A stretch of DNA of 19,734 nucleotides from a virus. Taxonomy: Duplodnaviria; Heunggongvirae; Uroviricota; Caudoviricetes; Crassvirales. How positions within the stretch are numbered: the stretch's first letter is position 1; the number at the start of each line of letters is the position of its first letter. This document shows positions 9,201 to 15,852 of this stretch, piece after piece. The notes under the pieces are model-generated. The model was not told the origin of the DNA. It ran no database searches and saw nothing but the letters and a program-made list of their open reading frames with translations. Where the stretch lies: IMG/VR virus record IMGVR_UViG_3300016480_000004; one strand, given 5' to 3'. The translations under genes and the position numbers were made by a program.

Positions 9201-11511
9201 ATATGATGTTAAGACAAGTAGATATAGCTTCTATGACTTTATTGATAGGAATGGTAGAAAGGTTAATTATTTTAAGAATAAATCTAATACCCAAACAATG
9301 AGTCAGGAGCAATATTATACTAAACAATTAAGTGCTTACAAGAACTTATTTGAATCTCAATATCATACTCCTATCACTACTTTAGCTATATTACCCTTTG
9401 TACTTGAGTATAATAAGGACAATGTTAGCAGAGTAAGTAAGGAGAAGGGTATTCTTCTTAACTATGATTCATCTGTGAATGTTCCTTTAGTTGGTAGTGT
9501 ATCCACTCCAGAAGTGAATAATACTAATAGTAGCTTACCTATATTCAACAGTACATTTGAAACAAGAGAACCTATAAACAATGTTCTACCAGACTATAGT
9601 ATGTCAGATAGTAAAGTAGGTTACTTCTTGAGAGATGGAAAGTTGCATACAGGTTATCTAAGTCCTATTGGAAAGGTAAATGGAGTTGAGGTATATATGA
9701 CTAAGGTTCCTAATATCACTAAAGGGTTTGGAAACCAACCTGCACATGTTGCATCTAATGATTTCTATGCAGTATTTCCTAATGGTAATACTATTGCTTT
9801 AGTAAAGAATGCTGCACTGTCATATAGTGAGACTGAGGCTAAGAACAATATAAAGAAGATACTGGAAGGTAATCCTCAGAGAGTTGTAGATATGTCTCAA
9901 GAGAGTACTCTTTTACAGAATCTGGAACCATCTACTTATAAAACCTCTGTTAATACTAAGAAAATGCCTTTACCAAAGGTGGGCAAAAATGTTACGGGTT
10001 ATTTATATAATACGGAAAATATTATTCCTGTTATATATGTAAAAACCCCTAATAATAATACTGCTCAAATAGAGTGGGACAATAGTAGAAAGAGATGGGG
10101 AATGCTTATATTAACTTCTGAAGGAGTCGGGGATGCTATTATGGATTTCAACATGACATTTGACACTATAAGGGAGTTTGTACATGAGAACTTGGATAAG
10201 AAATTTACAGATTTGTTTGAGTCAGGAGAAGCAGAGAAACTTAATAGTGAGGATGTGAGAAATAATACTACTAAGTTAGATGAGGCCCTTGCAGGGTTTG
10301 ATATTAAATTTACTCACCTTTCTATGTCAGATTATAATGCTAGCACTACTATAGAAACTCCTGCTACTATTAATCAAGGAGAATCTAAAGGTGCAGCTTC
10401 AACTGTAGCAAAAGAACAGACTATTAATCAGACTGATGAAGAGTTTGATGTAGAGTTTGAACTAAGGCAAGTAGATGATTTATCAAGACCTGTATGGAAT
10501 AAAGATAAGGAGTTAGCTTGGTTAAAGAGGGTTCTACCTCAATTAAGTGAAAATGAACTTGTTAAAATACAAGAAGGGTTGATTGAAGTTGCAAAAACTG
10601 GTGCATTGGCTTGGGGTCAATTTAGTAGAGGTGTTATTACTTTAAGTGATATAGCTGCTGAGGGAACTACATACCACGAAGCATTTCATGCAGTATTTAA
10701 TCTTCTTACAGATATTGAAACAAGAGAAGCCATTTATGCTGAAGCCAGACAGAAGTTTGGTAATAGGGATAATGCTGAACTTGAAGAATTAATGGCAGAA
10801 GATTTTAGAGAGTATGTTATGACACAGGAAGATAAAGGGTTAGGTAGGAAACTACTTGATTTCTTTAAGAGCCTATTTGCAAAAGTAGCTAATTGGAAAA
10901 GCATGCAACCTTCTCTGATTCAATATTATAGGAATATTAATGAGGGTCATTACTCAAGCTCAGATTATAAAGTATCAACTCTGAATAATATAAGAGGGAG
11001 GGGATTATGGCATACTTCTGATAATATAATCTATAAATTCAAGAGAGAGTTTCCAGAGAATTTCTTTGCAAAAAGAGGAGGCTCCCCAAGAGCTATATTC
11101 TTTACTGACAGGGTACCAGAGTCTCAGTCTTTCTTATCTAAGAGGGAAGTAAAATCTCAATATGATGTGGTAATTAATAATCCTCTTATTGTGGAAAAAT
11201 ATGATAGGGATGCAGAGGGTGCTCCTAATATGGCAAGTTTTGTAGACACTGCTTTACAAGCTGGAAATGATGGGGTTATATTTAGGGATATATATGATAA
11301 TCAGATGTATGGTGATGTATATGTAGCATTTAATCCAGACCAGATAAATTATATAGCAGGACAATCAGGAGAAGTTTCTACTTATGGTCCTATAAGATTT
11401 GCTGATATGAATAGTGATGTAGTAAAATCACTTGTAAAGAAGGGATGGACAGAAGAAATGTGGAATCAAATTTCCCAAGAGGAAAGAGAGCAAGCTATCA
11501 GATGTTCATAG
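3205..11511 (+). CDS. 2768-aa giant multidomain virion protein (gp47-like): membrane-interacting N-terminus, PD-(D/E)xK nuclease, zincin metallopeptidase, ART-like domain
   Basis: This is an uninterrupted 8.3-kb ORF. It has Gly/Ala-rich hydrophobic helices at about aa 97-133, 183-203 and 503-516. Motifs include GEVDIL...IYDVKT...QLSAY (aa 1984-2045), HEAFH plus EELMAE (aa 2491-2532) and WHTS...IFFT...NNPL...GNDGVIF...VYVAFNPDQI (aa about 2602-2715). Confidence 0.9.
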   Translation: MANNQQIQDPSTQGVGGLKGLKSIDALKQEGLLRDVPHIDNIEDYKQVSNSALQRAVPQEVGFVGVGDSMYDEGITSMTQLDNLANTRGELQPWYAQIGAGLAKGAVLAGTTFADGIIGTIVGLGNAAATGTFSGFWDNPFSNTMQQVNEWSESVLPNYYTDAEKNDPWHENIFSANFIGDKFLKNLGFAVGAAYSGKISAGATSKLLGLNKARQAFKGAVTASGEALNPNAALQAYREGDLFLDGVRLTEELARDAKKLKMAEPTLKLTGAFSGALGEARIEAIQNSKDWFELHKQQLDDTQAKIAAQEQEAMLREFPQFAQYQISPDGKSFEQVLTPEGQAMLQARVDAKFDYNGGLQKLSEDRAKMGNIDFALNIPLLTVSDAWQFGKFYAGGYNTAKKGSQILRTVAEDGTISYSAAKPSVLRNALKIASKGIAEGPYEEMGQAVAGKVAGYKYASELNDFYGAKIDPDAESETIDWLQATAKAMQQTYGTAEGWEEGFIGGLTGLVGIPGFRSTRNSEGGFQSPVYLQGGVKEDIKEIRERSEKDDAIVAQLNNRVQSPEFLNYYQSAIRHNAYQKQMDEAADNNDNFEFKNAEHNQLISDVIMFDKAGRINDLYDIIEEAGNIREEDVEQIRQLTTNQETGTSVYDNMTDAEVIEQVQKQTKETKKAVDNYRKISQDLQVKVGDYFDEDGLEEMTYYFSNIDNLENRFKSIHEDIKGRLQEVLDASMDREFISDSDENKITRLSDLLNFSPVRLINALADSKESQSYISLLDNALQTDPNKQDIIDEVKDLQKIAERRLDFIDKYDTYLRNPQALAQKQERQRENIIKENERQEIAKTKDAALAATNLKEFREALNNEADSSKRQQILDELENEGNKMAKDYKEVQMYNSEVSRAIDSQPISPEAKANAKELLRTQHENANNLEEMANPNSVFINNPESLYDENLPDDLNMMNFAEAQYGLLSAMGKVNNDQRFKARFPVEYLKPVEKTEGTRGTTAKNTTGDSGTSTVPPVNAGPVDTYEPPVGNITSQMVAEENKKANENVPTPQSLDRGSKGKRQYYRPTIPELHINASKDGDFRPFNVVVAEKENLNFDELYNYLRDNRAFSYVNEGNLKAGDELGFMIDPEFNDHTIFIVDRRNNQIVGSLDESQYSIDRYEGLADLVKRVRNEYRNVSGLQRPSYFKAMHEQLKDKESSWEYYRDDINRVYNGIEYVTGALYQSVLHPAITLAVDSGVLPRKYKKYLNRTKDDAIEKEDLEEIIAELKKLGINTPKKLLEYVTQNSEDKIDGFIATPTSKDISNYQELKNGDIVHITGFNDRLPDGSIKTERTFKVQGIGERSANLTAIDAESDIGLTNNYINNLKEQGRRVYVSSSSTKSNRFIATPTTRVSQIMVGRIPYGTEERNMGEIPNVSASSIFGIVKNGVLSTNGRISDDLITKPMDMSQKEGRMYILIPNAAGKYSPAAVRVKHFNESEYNPEDVTINSTPLYKNIKKSIDALANAFTEEDVNNAVKDLARSLYIGDVHIDYIQGKNGNGIRFTKVQRDANKNEIYDEIDGKRVRREDARTVFLTERWDPNVIYELGGEGVKTQPDTRDSQEVASEIQNILMAFNLPLQVNLGMLNKGGYNNMLLSSGVMTSNIVDASVKSNWFTTDYFDIQGNLQQALNPASVKAEEGRKIQTPVGGTEGAIAGTTVSFDNTTYYVDLTSNTVRDNNGRTLNSFPESILDMAYIQENYGDAQNGSMMMGGITLLPNGKVLNRNTGQYVTGTESDKFKQKLAGRKKTVADSKKVIDQIAENQAKVDKTRTDGEFYYILEDDGKYHEYKRVHSVLGSNWVESPKQTKALQDLRVNLSKNADNITQFNNYLKNLSNHYGVDLTAFEGKIDARSRDTIVNIVRDKMSGTNSQRALEAGTSVDSVIRNFFTSSEMPVKPSNMSEQAFNDLVTSLTEIKSNIEARGETFLTNNIVLFNKYKNGNRVAGEVDILSVDANGNFKIYDVKTSRYSFYDFIDRNGRKVNYFKNKSNTQTMSQEQYYTKQLSAYKNLFESQYHTPITTLAILPFVLEYNKDNVSRVSKEKGILLNYDSSVNVPLVGSVSTPEVNNTNSSLPIFNSTFETREPINNVLPDYSMSDSKVGYFLRDGKLHTGYLSPIGKVNGVEVYMTKVPNITKGFGNQPAHVASNDFYAVFPNGNTIALVKNAALSYSETEAKNNIKKILEGNPQRVVDMSQESTLLQNLEPSTYKTSVNTKKMPLPKVGKNVTGYLYNTENIIPVIYVKTPNNNTAQIEWDNSRKRWGMLILTSEGVGDAIMDFNMTFDTIREFVHENLDKKFTDLFESGEAEKLNSEDVRNNTTKLDEALAGFDIKFTHLSMSDYNASTTIETPATINQGESKGAASTVAKEQTINQTDEEFDVEFELRQVDDLSRPVWNKDKELAWLKRVLPQLSENELVKIQEGLIEVAKTGALAWGQFSRGVITLSDIAAEGTTYHEAFHAVFNLLTDIETREAIYAEARQKFGNRDNAELEELMAEDFREYVMTQEDKGLGRKLLDFFKSLFAKVANWKSMQPSLIQYYRNINEGHYSSSDYKVSTLNNIRGRGLWHTSDNIIYKFKREFPENFFAKRGGSPRAIFFTDRVPESQSFLSKREVKSQYDVVINNPLIVEKYDRDAEGAPNMASFVDTALQAGNDGVIFRDIYDNQMYGDVYVAFNPDQINYIAGQSGEVSTYGPIRFADMNSDVVKSLVKKGWTEEMWNQISQEEREQAIRCS
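7085..7104 (+). repeat. Direct repeat copy 1 (GATTTATAGCTACTCCTACT; encodes FIATPT)
   Basis: It is 19/20 identical to 7358-7377, with a 15-nt exact core ATAGCTACTCCTACT. The copies are 273 nt apart and in frame. Confidence 0.9.
7358..7377 (+). repeat. Direct repeat copy 2 (GATTCATAGCTACTCCTACT; encodes FIATPT)
   Basis: It is 19/20 identical to 7085-7104. Confidence 0.9.
8690..9470 (+). other. PD-(D/E)xK (RecB/Cas4-like) nuclease domain within the giant protein
   Basis: Catalytic candidates are D1987 (nt 9163), D2001 (9205) and K2003 (9211) in AGEVDILSVDANGNFKIYDVKT. The RecB-family QLxxY motif is at 9325-9339. An upstream helix GTSVDSVIRNF occupies the motif I position. Boundaries are approximate. 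Confidence 0.85.
10480..10900 (+). other. Zincin-like metallopeptidase domain within the giant protein
   Basis: HEAFH is at 10675-10689. A candidate third ligand lies in LEELMAEDF (10780-10806), followed by the amphipathic helix LLDFFKSLF. Boundaries are approximate. Confidence 0.85.
11000..11360 (+). other. ADP-ribosyltransferase-like domain (ART-PolyVal-like) near the C-terminus of the giant protein
   Basis: The strand-1 His (WHTS, 11011), aromatic-aromatic-Thr (IFFT, 11095-11106), NNPL, GNDGVIF and GDVYVAFNPDQI (11311-11346) match, in order, the pattern I recall for ART domains of phage polyvalent proteins. Confidence 0.68.
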
Positions 11512-11550
11512 CTTCAAACATGAGGTTTAAATTTTTTATTAGGGAGTAAA

Positions 11551-11590
11551 TAAAAAGGGGAAGTAAATTAATACTTCCCCTTTCTTTTTT
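11551..11590. terminator. Bidirectional intrinsic terminator between the convergent operons
   Basis: There is a perfect 12-bp stem AAAGGGGAAGTA (11554-11565) / TACTTCCCCTTT (11572-11583) with a 6-nt loop. It has a U-tract TTTCTTTTTT on + and TTTTT on -. It lies in the only sizeable intergenic gap, between two stop codons. Confidence 0.92.
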
Positions 11591-11780
11591 ATAACCTCTC
11601 TAATCTTTCTTTCAAGCATTGATTATATGTATTCATTGCAGTTGCTTGAACCTTAAGCAATGCTTTCTGAACATTATCAATCTTGTTAAAGTTGTCACTG
11701 AGTATAAAACTATCTAACTTATCCAGTTTTTCCTCAAGTTGAACCTGTTCTTCTACTAATCTTGTTTTAAAGTCACTCAT
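11589..11780 (-). CDS. 63-aa helical-hairpin protein, crAss001 gp48-like family
   Basis: The pattern RLVEEQVQLEEKLDKLDSFI...LLKVQATAMNTYNQCLKERL matches the small coiled-coil family I recall as crAss001_48-like. Its position between the two giant genes is consistent with that. Confidence 0.8.
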   Translation of the reverse strand: MSDFKTRLVEEQVQLEEKLDKLDSFILSDNFNKIDNVQKALLKVQATAMNTYNQCLKERLERL

Positions 11781-11785
11781 AACTC

Positions 11786-11798
11786 TTTTTTTTTTTTT
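11786..11798 (-). repeat. A13 homopolymer (T13 on +) in the 20-nt spacer upstream of the 63-aa gene
   Basis: The minus strand reads TAA(stop) TT AAAAAAAAAAAAA GAGTT ATG. Confidence 0.95.
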
Positions 11799-11800
11799 AA

Positions 11801-14800
11801 TTATTGTTTAAAAAATGGTATTTGGTCTTCAATAAAGATACCTCTTAGAACTGTATTATACATAGGAGCAAGAGGAGACTTAAGTAAGCTCTGTTGAGCT
11901 TTAGACTTATCTTTATAAGGTCCAGACTTAAGTATTGCATCTTCTCCATTGAATGTTTCATAGTTCATTGGGTTCATCAGATTGATTAGATTAAGAGTCT
12001 TTTCTACTGTATTTACACCAGCAGCAGGAGACTTTAATATTCTCAAACCTTCACCCACCATCTCTGGAGTAGGAGTAAGAGCACCTAATTCAGTATATAA
12101 CCTTCTCAATTGATATTCAATCATTTTGACTAACCAAGGTCTATCCCTATCATCACTCCACTCTATTAATCCAATAGCTGCTGCTACTGCAAGGAAGTGT
12201 GCTACCTCAGTTAATGCTCTTTTAACATTTGCCTGTTCTGTAGGAGTCATTTCATTCCACTTACTTGCAATATCAAATTGAGCTTTCCTTAGGTCTTGGA
12301 ATAGGGCATTCATAAACCTGCCAGTAGTAAGATAATAACCTTCTGTCCATGCCTCAAGGTCATAGTTATATGTAGCTGATTTGAATCTTCTATTCAATGA
12401 TGGTTTAATCCATTTCCTGAACATCATACCCAACCTACCAATAGCCAACCTTTGTACTGCACTTCTATCAGCTTTATTGTAAATACCATGCATTCTTTGA
12501 TTAATAGCTGCACTCCTTCTACTGAACTTGATTATATCTTCCTGAGTAAAGGCTGAACCATCAGCCTTAGTATAGCCTTGTTTTAGCTGTAATTTAGCAC
12601 CTAACTTCTTGTTACTACTATCTAATGGTACAACATCAAAAGCATCCCACAGACTTACTAACTTGCCATTAGGAGCCTTCATTTTATAAGCATCAGCCAA
12701 GGCTAATGATGTTCTATTCTGCATCCAGTGTTCACCAGCATTATTCATAAAGAACAATGCAGATGTACCAAACATTCTACTAAACCAAGTCTTCCTGTCA
12801 AAATTAACCTCTCTTGTATCTTGTTCATACTCCTGCATTACATTGAATAGTTCATCCCATAAAGCCAACTTATTAGTCTTTACCCTATCACCTAATTGAG
12901 CTAAGAATGAAGGTAATTCCTTACCATAAGTTCTATCAGCTCTTAGGGTATTCTTTTCACTGAAGAACTCTCCTGAGAAAGACTCAATCCTCATCATTAC
13001 TTTACCAGTAGCTATATTGGAAACACCTGAAAGGACATTTAATGCCAAGTTATTTATAGAAGTCATTCTATTAATAAAGTTAGCTACTTTTCCCTTGTCA
13101 ATATTAGTTTTACCAAATGTTCCTTCATCTGCCATATATCTTCCATATACCTGCATTTCAAAGAAGTCATTCAGTCTTTCCATAAACCTTGACTTGTCTC
13201 CTGTCTTGGTTAATTTACTCTCAACCTTTCTACCTACTGCCTTAAATTTCTCAACCATAGGTTTACCCCCTTCTGTTTGAGTAACTTGTCTTTCTCTAAG
13301 CATATCTCTACCTACTTCAAGAACATCAATGACCTTATTCATTTCATCAAAGTCATTAGCCATTGCTGCATAAGCAGTCATAGTGCCTACTATATCAGTA
13401 GATAAGTCATTAGCACTTTCTCCCTCCTTGAGCTTTGTAAAGTAGATAGGTAACATTTGTACCTCTCTATCCTCAAAGTCCTTCACAGTTGCCTTATCCC
13501 CAAAGTCTGTATCATCAGTTCTCCTGATAAACATATCTTTGATACTTTCCCAAACTTGTTGAGTACCAGCCTTCACACTCTCAGAGCTTTTAACCCTCTC
13601 AACCAAGTCTTTCCTAATCTTTACAGCACTATTCAGCTTAGTATATTTATCAGGAAGAAGAGCATCAAGTTTAGCCTTAATATCCATTACAGTAGTATAA
13701 TAATCCCTTTGGGCTTTATTTAGCCTTCTGAACTCCATACTTTCATAAATGGATTTCTTAGGTTGTCTGACTCCATCTACAACCTCCATATTGGCATTAA
13801 ACCAATTCTGTCTCTCTTCATTGTATTTATCAGCACTCTCTCCTACAGGATTTCTGCCATACTTTTCATTGAGGCTTTGGAACATAATCCTCATTCTCTC
13901 TCTGAATAAAGCATGGTTTATCTCACTGATATAATTACCACTCAGATTACCTTTACTATCTCTCTCAAACATCCACTCAGTATCTTTCACACCAGCCTGT
14001 TCAAGTTTAATAGTGGCAGCTTGTAGTTCTTTCTGAATATCAATAGTCTTCAATCTGGCTTGTTCCTTGCTCTTTTTAACAGCTTGGTCCATAATCTTCA
14101 ACATATAATCAGATGAATCAGCCATACTATCCAACCATCTATCAAAGAAGGAAATATCCTCATCAGCTACTTTAACCAGTTCTTCTGCACTCAAGGTCTT
14201 TCCTTTGTACTTTCCAAATGGAACTACAAGACTACCTCCTACAAAAGGCTTAATGAAATCAACAAATAGAGGCATAGAGATTGTATTATAGTCCACTGCA
14301 AGGTCATTAAGCATGGTAGTGACATTATCTAATGCAACCCTTACCCTTTGACCATATCTATTGTCTGTGGACTTCTCTTCCTCTCTTAGAGCTTCTCTTA
14401 CTGAATCAGCTATCCTCTTATAACTGTACATATAGTTCCTGATGTCCCTGAGTACTCCAGCCCTTTCATTAAGATTGGTTGCAGGAGTATTTCTCAACAC
14501 CTCAAGCCTACTACTTACTTTCCTTAACTCTTCAAGTGCATTATCAAGGAACATATATATACCCTCAATCTCACTATTATCAGCTAATTCAAGCTCTAAC
14601 CTGTCTATTAATAACCTCTGATTTGCACTAAACTGGCTGTTAGGGTTTCTCTTTTCATAAATCTTAAGTCTCTTCAACTCATTATCTATAATATTCTTCA
14701 AGAGAGTTTTATCTCTATCTACCCTTTCAGTGGTAGAATAGAATGCCTCAGAAGTAGCTATATTCTCAACACTGATAGCTTCATCCATCTGTCCAGTAAG

Positions 14801-15850
14801 AATATCACCAGCCAGCTTGCTAAAGCTACTTTCTGCTTCAAGTATTGCTTTTTGGAATTGTGAAGCACTTAATCCTCTAAAGAAATTTTTTACAGCATTA
14901 ATAAACCTCTCCAGAAGGGATTTATAAGATGAAGAGGGGATGGGTTCAGACTGTAATAAGTGCTTAGCAAGTAATTTACCAGCAGCTTCTCTGGCTAACT
15001 TTGATTCATCCCCTTTATAAAGACTATCATAAGTAGCATAATCATCACCTAATATCTCACCTACCAAACTATTATTAGCTAAGTGATTAATCAGTCTATT
15101 AATAAGAGGATTATCACCCATTGCCTCAATAACAAAGTGAGCAAATTCTTCTGGTAATGCTCTCTCACCTTTAATACCATCAGCAAGTCTAATTAATTCA
15201 ATTATACCTGTTGCAGCATCTCTGGCTTGACTAAAGTCTGTCACCCCTGCCACTCCTCTTCTCTGTTCTAAGTCTGTAAGAGCACCTATTGCTATACCAT
15301 TAGAAGCAAGAATCTCTCTCAACCTATTATTAAGAGTATAATTATACTGCATATTATTGGCTTCAAGGCTATTCATCTTGTTTCTTACTCTAATAGAAGG
15401 ACTGATATAAGCCCTATTACTTTCATTGTCCCATATCTTCTCAACAGATGCAACATAGTCTTCTCTAAACTCTGATTGAGTATTGAATTGAATAGCCCTC
15501 TGGACTAACATTCTATAATTTTCATCGTTGTTCAAATATAACTTGATTCTACCTGTCTTATGATAATGTCCAATCTCCTCATTAAGATTCTTTAAAATCT
15601 TCTGGTCATTAATGACACTCCTTAGATTAGTTTTCTTCAAGAGACTGCTTATAGTAGGTTCACCATTTTCATCCATCTGTAACCTTGGATTCCAATTAGT
15701 AACAAAGTCACTACTCTTTGTAATGAGGTATATTCTTGTTGCCTCCTGTCTATTAGGGGCATAAGCCAGCAGGTCTTTAAATAACCTGCTGCTTACTACC
15801 TCATTTTTACTGTTCCTCACTTGAGGAATTATTGCACATTTCTTAGCCAT
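11801..15850 (-). CDS. 1349-aa large virion/RNAP-associated protein (gp49-like) with a degenerate zincin motif
   Basis: The ORF is intact and starts 2 nt after the RNAP stop. It has PEEFAHF (aa 233-239) plus REAAGKLLA (E288), a long helical body, and a C-terminal region (MFRKWI, hydrophobic FLAVAAAIGLI) typical of large crAss virion proteins. Confidence 0.8.
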   Translation of the reverse strand: MAKKCAIIPQVRNSKNEVVSSRLFKDLLAYAPNRQEATRIYLITKSSDFVTNWNPRLQMDENGEPTISSLLKKTNLRSVINDQKILKNLNEEIGHYHKTGRIKLYLNNDENYRMLVQRAIQFNTQSEFREDYVASVEKIWDNESNRAYISPSIRVRNKMNSLEANNMQYNYTLNNRLREILASNGIAIGALTDLEQRRGVAGVTDFSQARDAATGIIELIRLADGIKGERALPEEFAHFVIEAMGDNPLINRLINHLANNSLVGEILGDDYATYDSLYKGDESKLAREAAGKLLAKHLLQSEPIPSSSYKSLLERFINAVKNFFRGLSASQFQKAILEAESSFSKLAGDILTGQMDEAISVENIATSEAFYSTTERVDRDKTLLKNIIDNELKRLKIYEKRNPNSQFSANQRLLIDRLELELADNSEIEGIYMFLDNALEELRKVSSRLEVLRNTPATNLNERAGVLRDIRNYMYSYKRIADSVREALREEEKSTDNRYGQRVRVALDNVTTMLNDLAVDYNTISMPLFVDFIKPFVGGSLVVPFGKYKGKTLSAEELVKVADEDISFFDRWLDSMADSSDYMLKIMDQAVKKSKEQARLKTIDIQKELQAATIKLEQAGVKDTEWMFERDSKGNLSGNYISEINHALFRERMRIMFQSLNEKYGRNPVGESADKYNEERQNWFNANMEVVDGVRQPKKSIYESMEFRRLNKAQRDYYTTVMDIKAKLDALLPDKYTKLNSAVKIRKDLVERVKSSESVKAGTQQVWESIKDMFIRRTDDTDFGDKATVKDFEDREVQMLPIYFTKLKEGESANDLSTDIVGTMTAYAAMANDFDEMNKVIDVLEVGRDMLRERQVTQTEGGKPMVEKFKAVGRKVESKLTKTGDKSRFMERLNDFFEMQVYGRYMADEGTFGKTNIDKGKVANFINRMTSINNLALNVLSGVSNIATGKVMMRIESFSGEFFSEKNTLRADRTYGKELPSFLAQLGDRVKTNKLALWDELFNVMQEYEQDTREVNFDRKTWFSRMFGTSALFFMNNAGEHWMQNRTSLALADAYKMKAPNGKLVSLWDAFDVVPLDSSNKKLGAKLQLKQGYTKADGSAFTQEDIIKFSRRSAAINQRMHGIYNKADRSAVQRLAIGRLGMMFRKWIKPSLNRRFKSATYNYDLEAWTEGYYLTTGRFMNALFQDLRKAQFDIASKWNEMTPTEQANVKRALTEVAHFLAVAAAIGLIEWSDDRDRPWLVKMIEYQLRRLYTELGALTPTPEMVGEGLRILKSPAAGVNTVEKTLNLINLMNPMNYETFNGEDAILKSGPYKDKSKAQQSLLKSPLAPMYNTVLRGIFIEDQIPFFKQ

Positions 15851-15852
15851 AT

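Noticed and set aside
234-9327. Short minus-strand ORFs (234-443, 2143-2370, 4033-4230, 4680-4862, 7413-7688, 8832-9197, 8989-9327)
   Set aside because: They lie antisense within long genes, have S/L/I/F-rich shadow composition and show no recognisable motifs.
11533-11556. Alternative 8-bp hairpin TTTTTATT/AATAAAAA overlapping the left flank of the terminator (antiterminator idea)
   Set aside because: The stem is all-AT, overlaps only 3 bp of the much stronger GC-containing stem, and is expected by chance in an AT-rich spacer.
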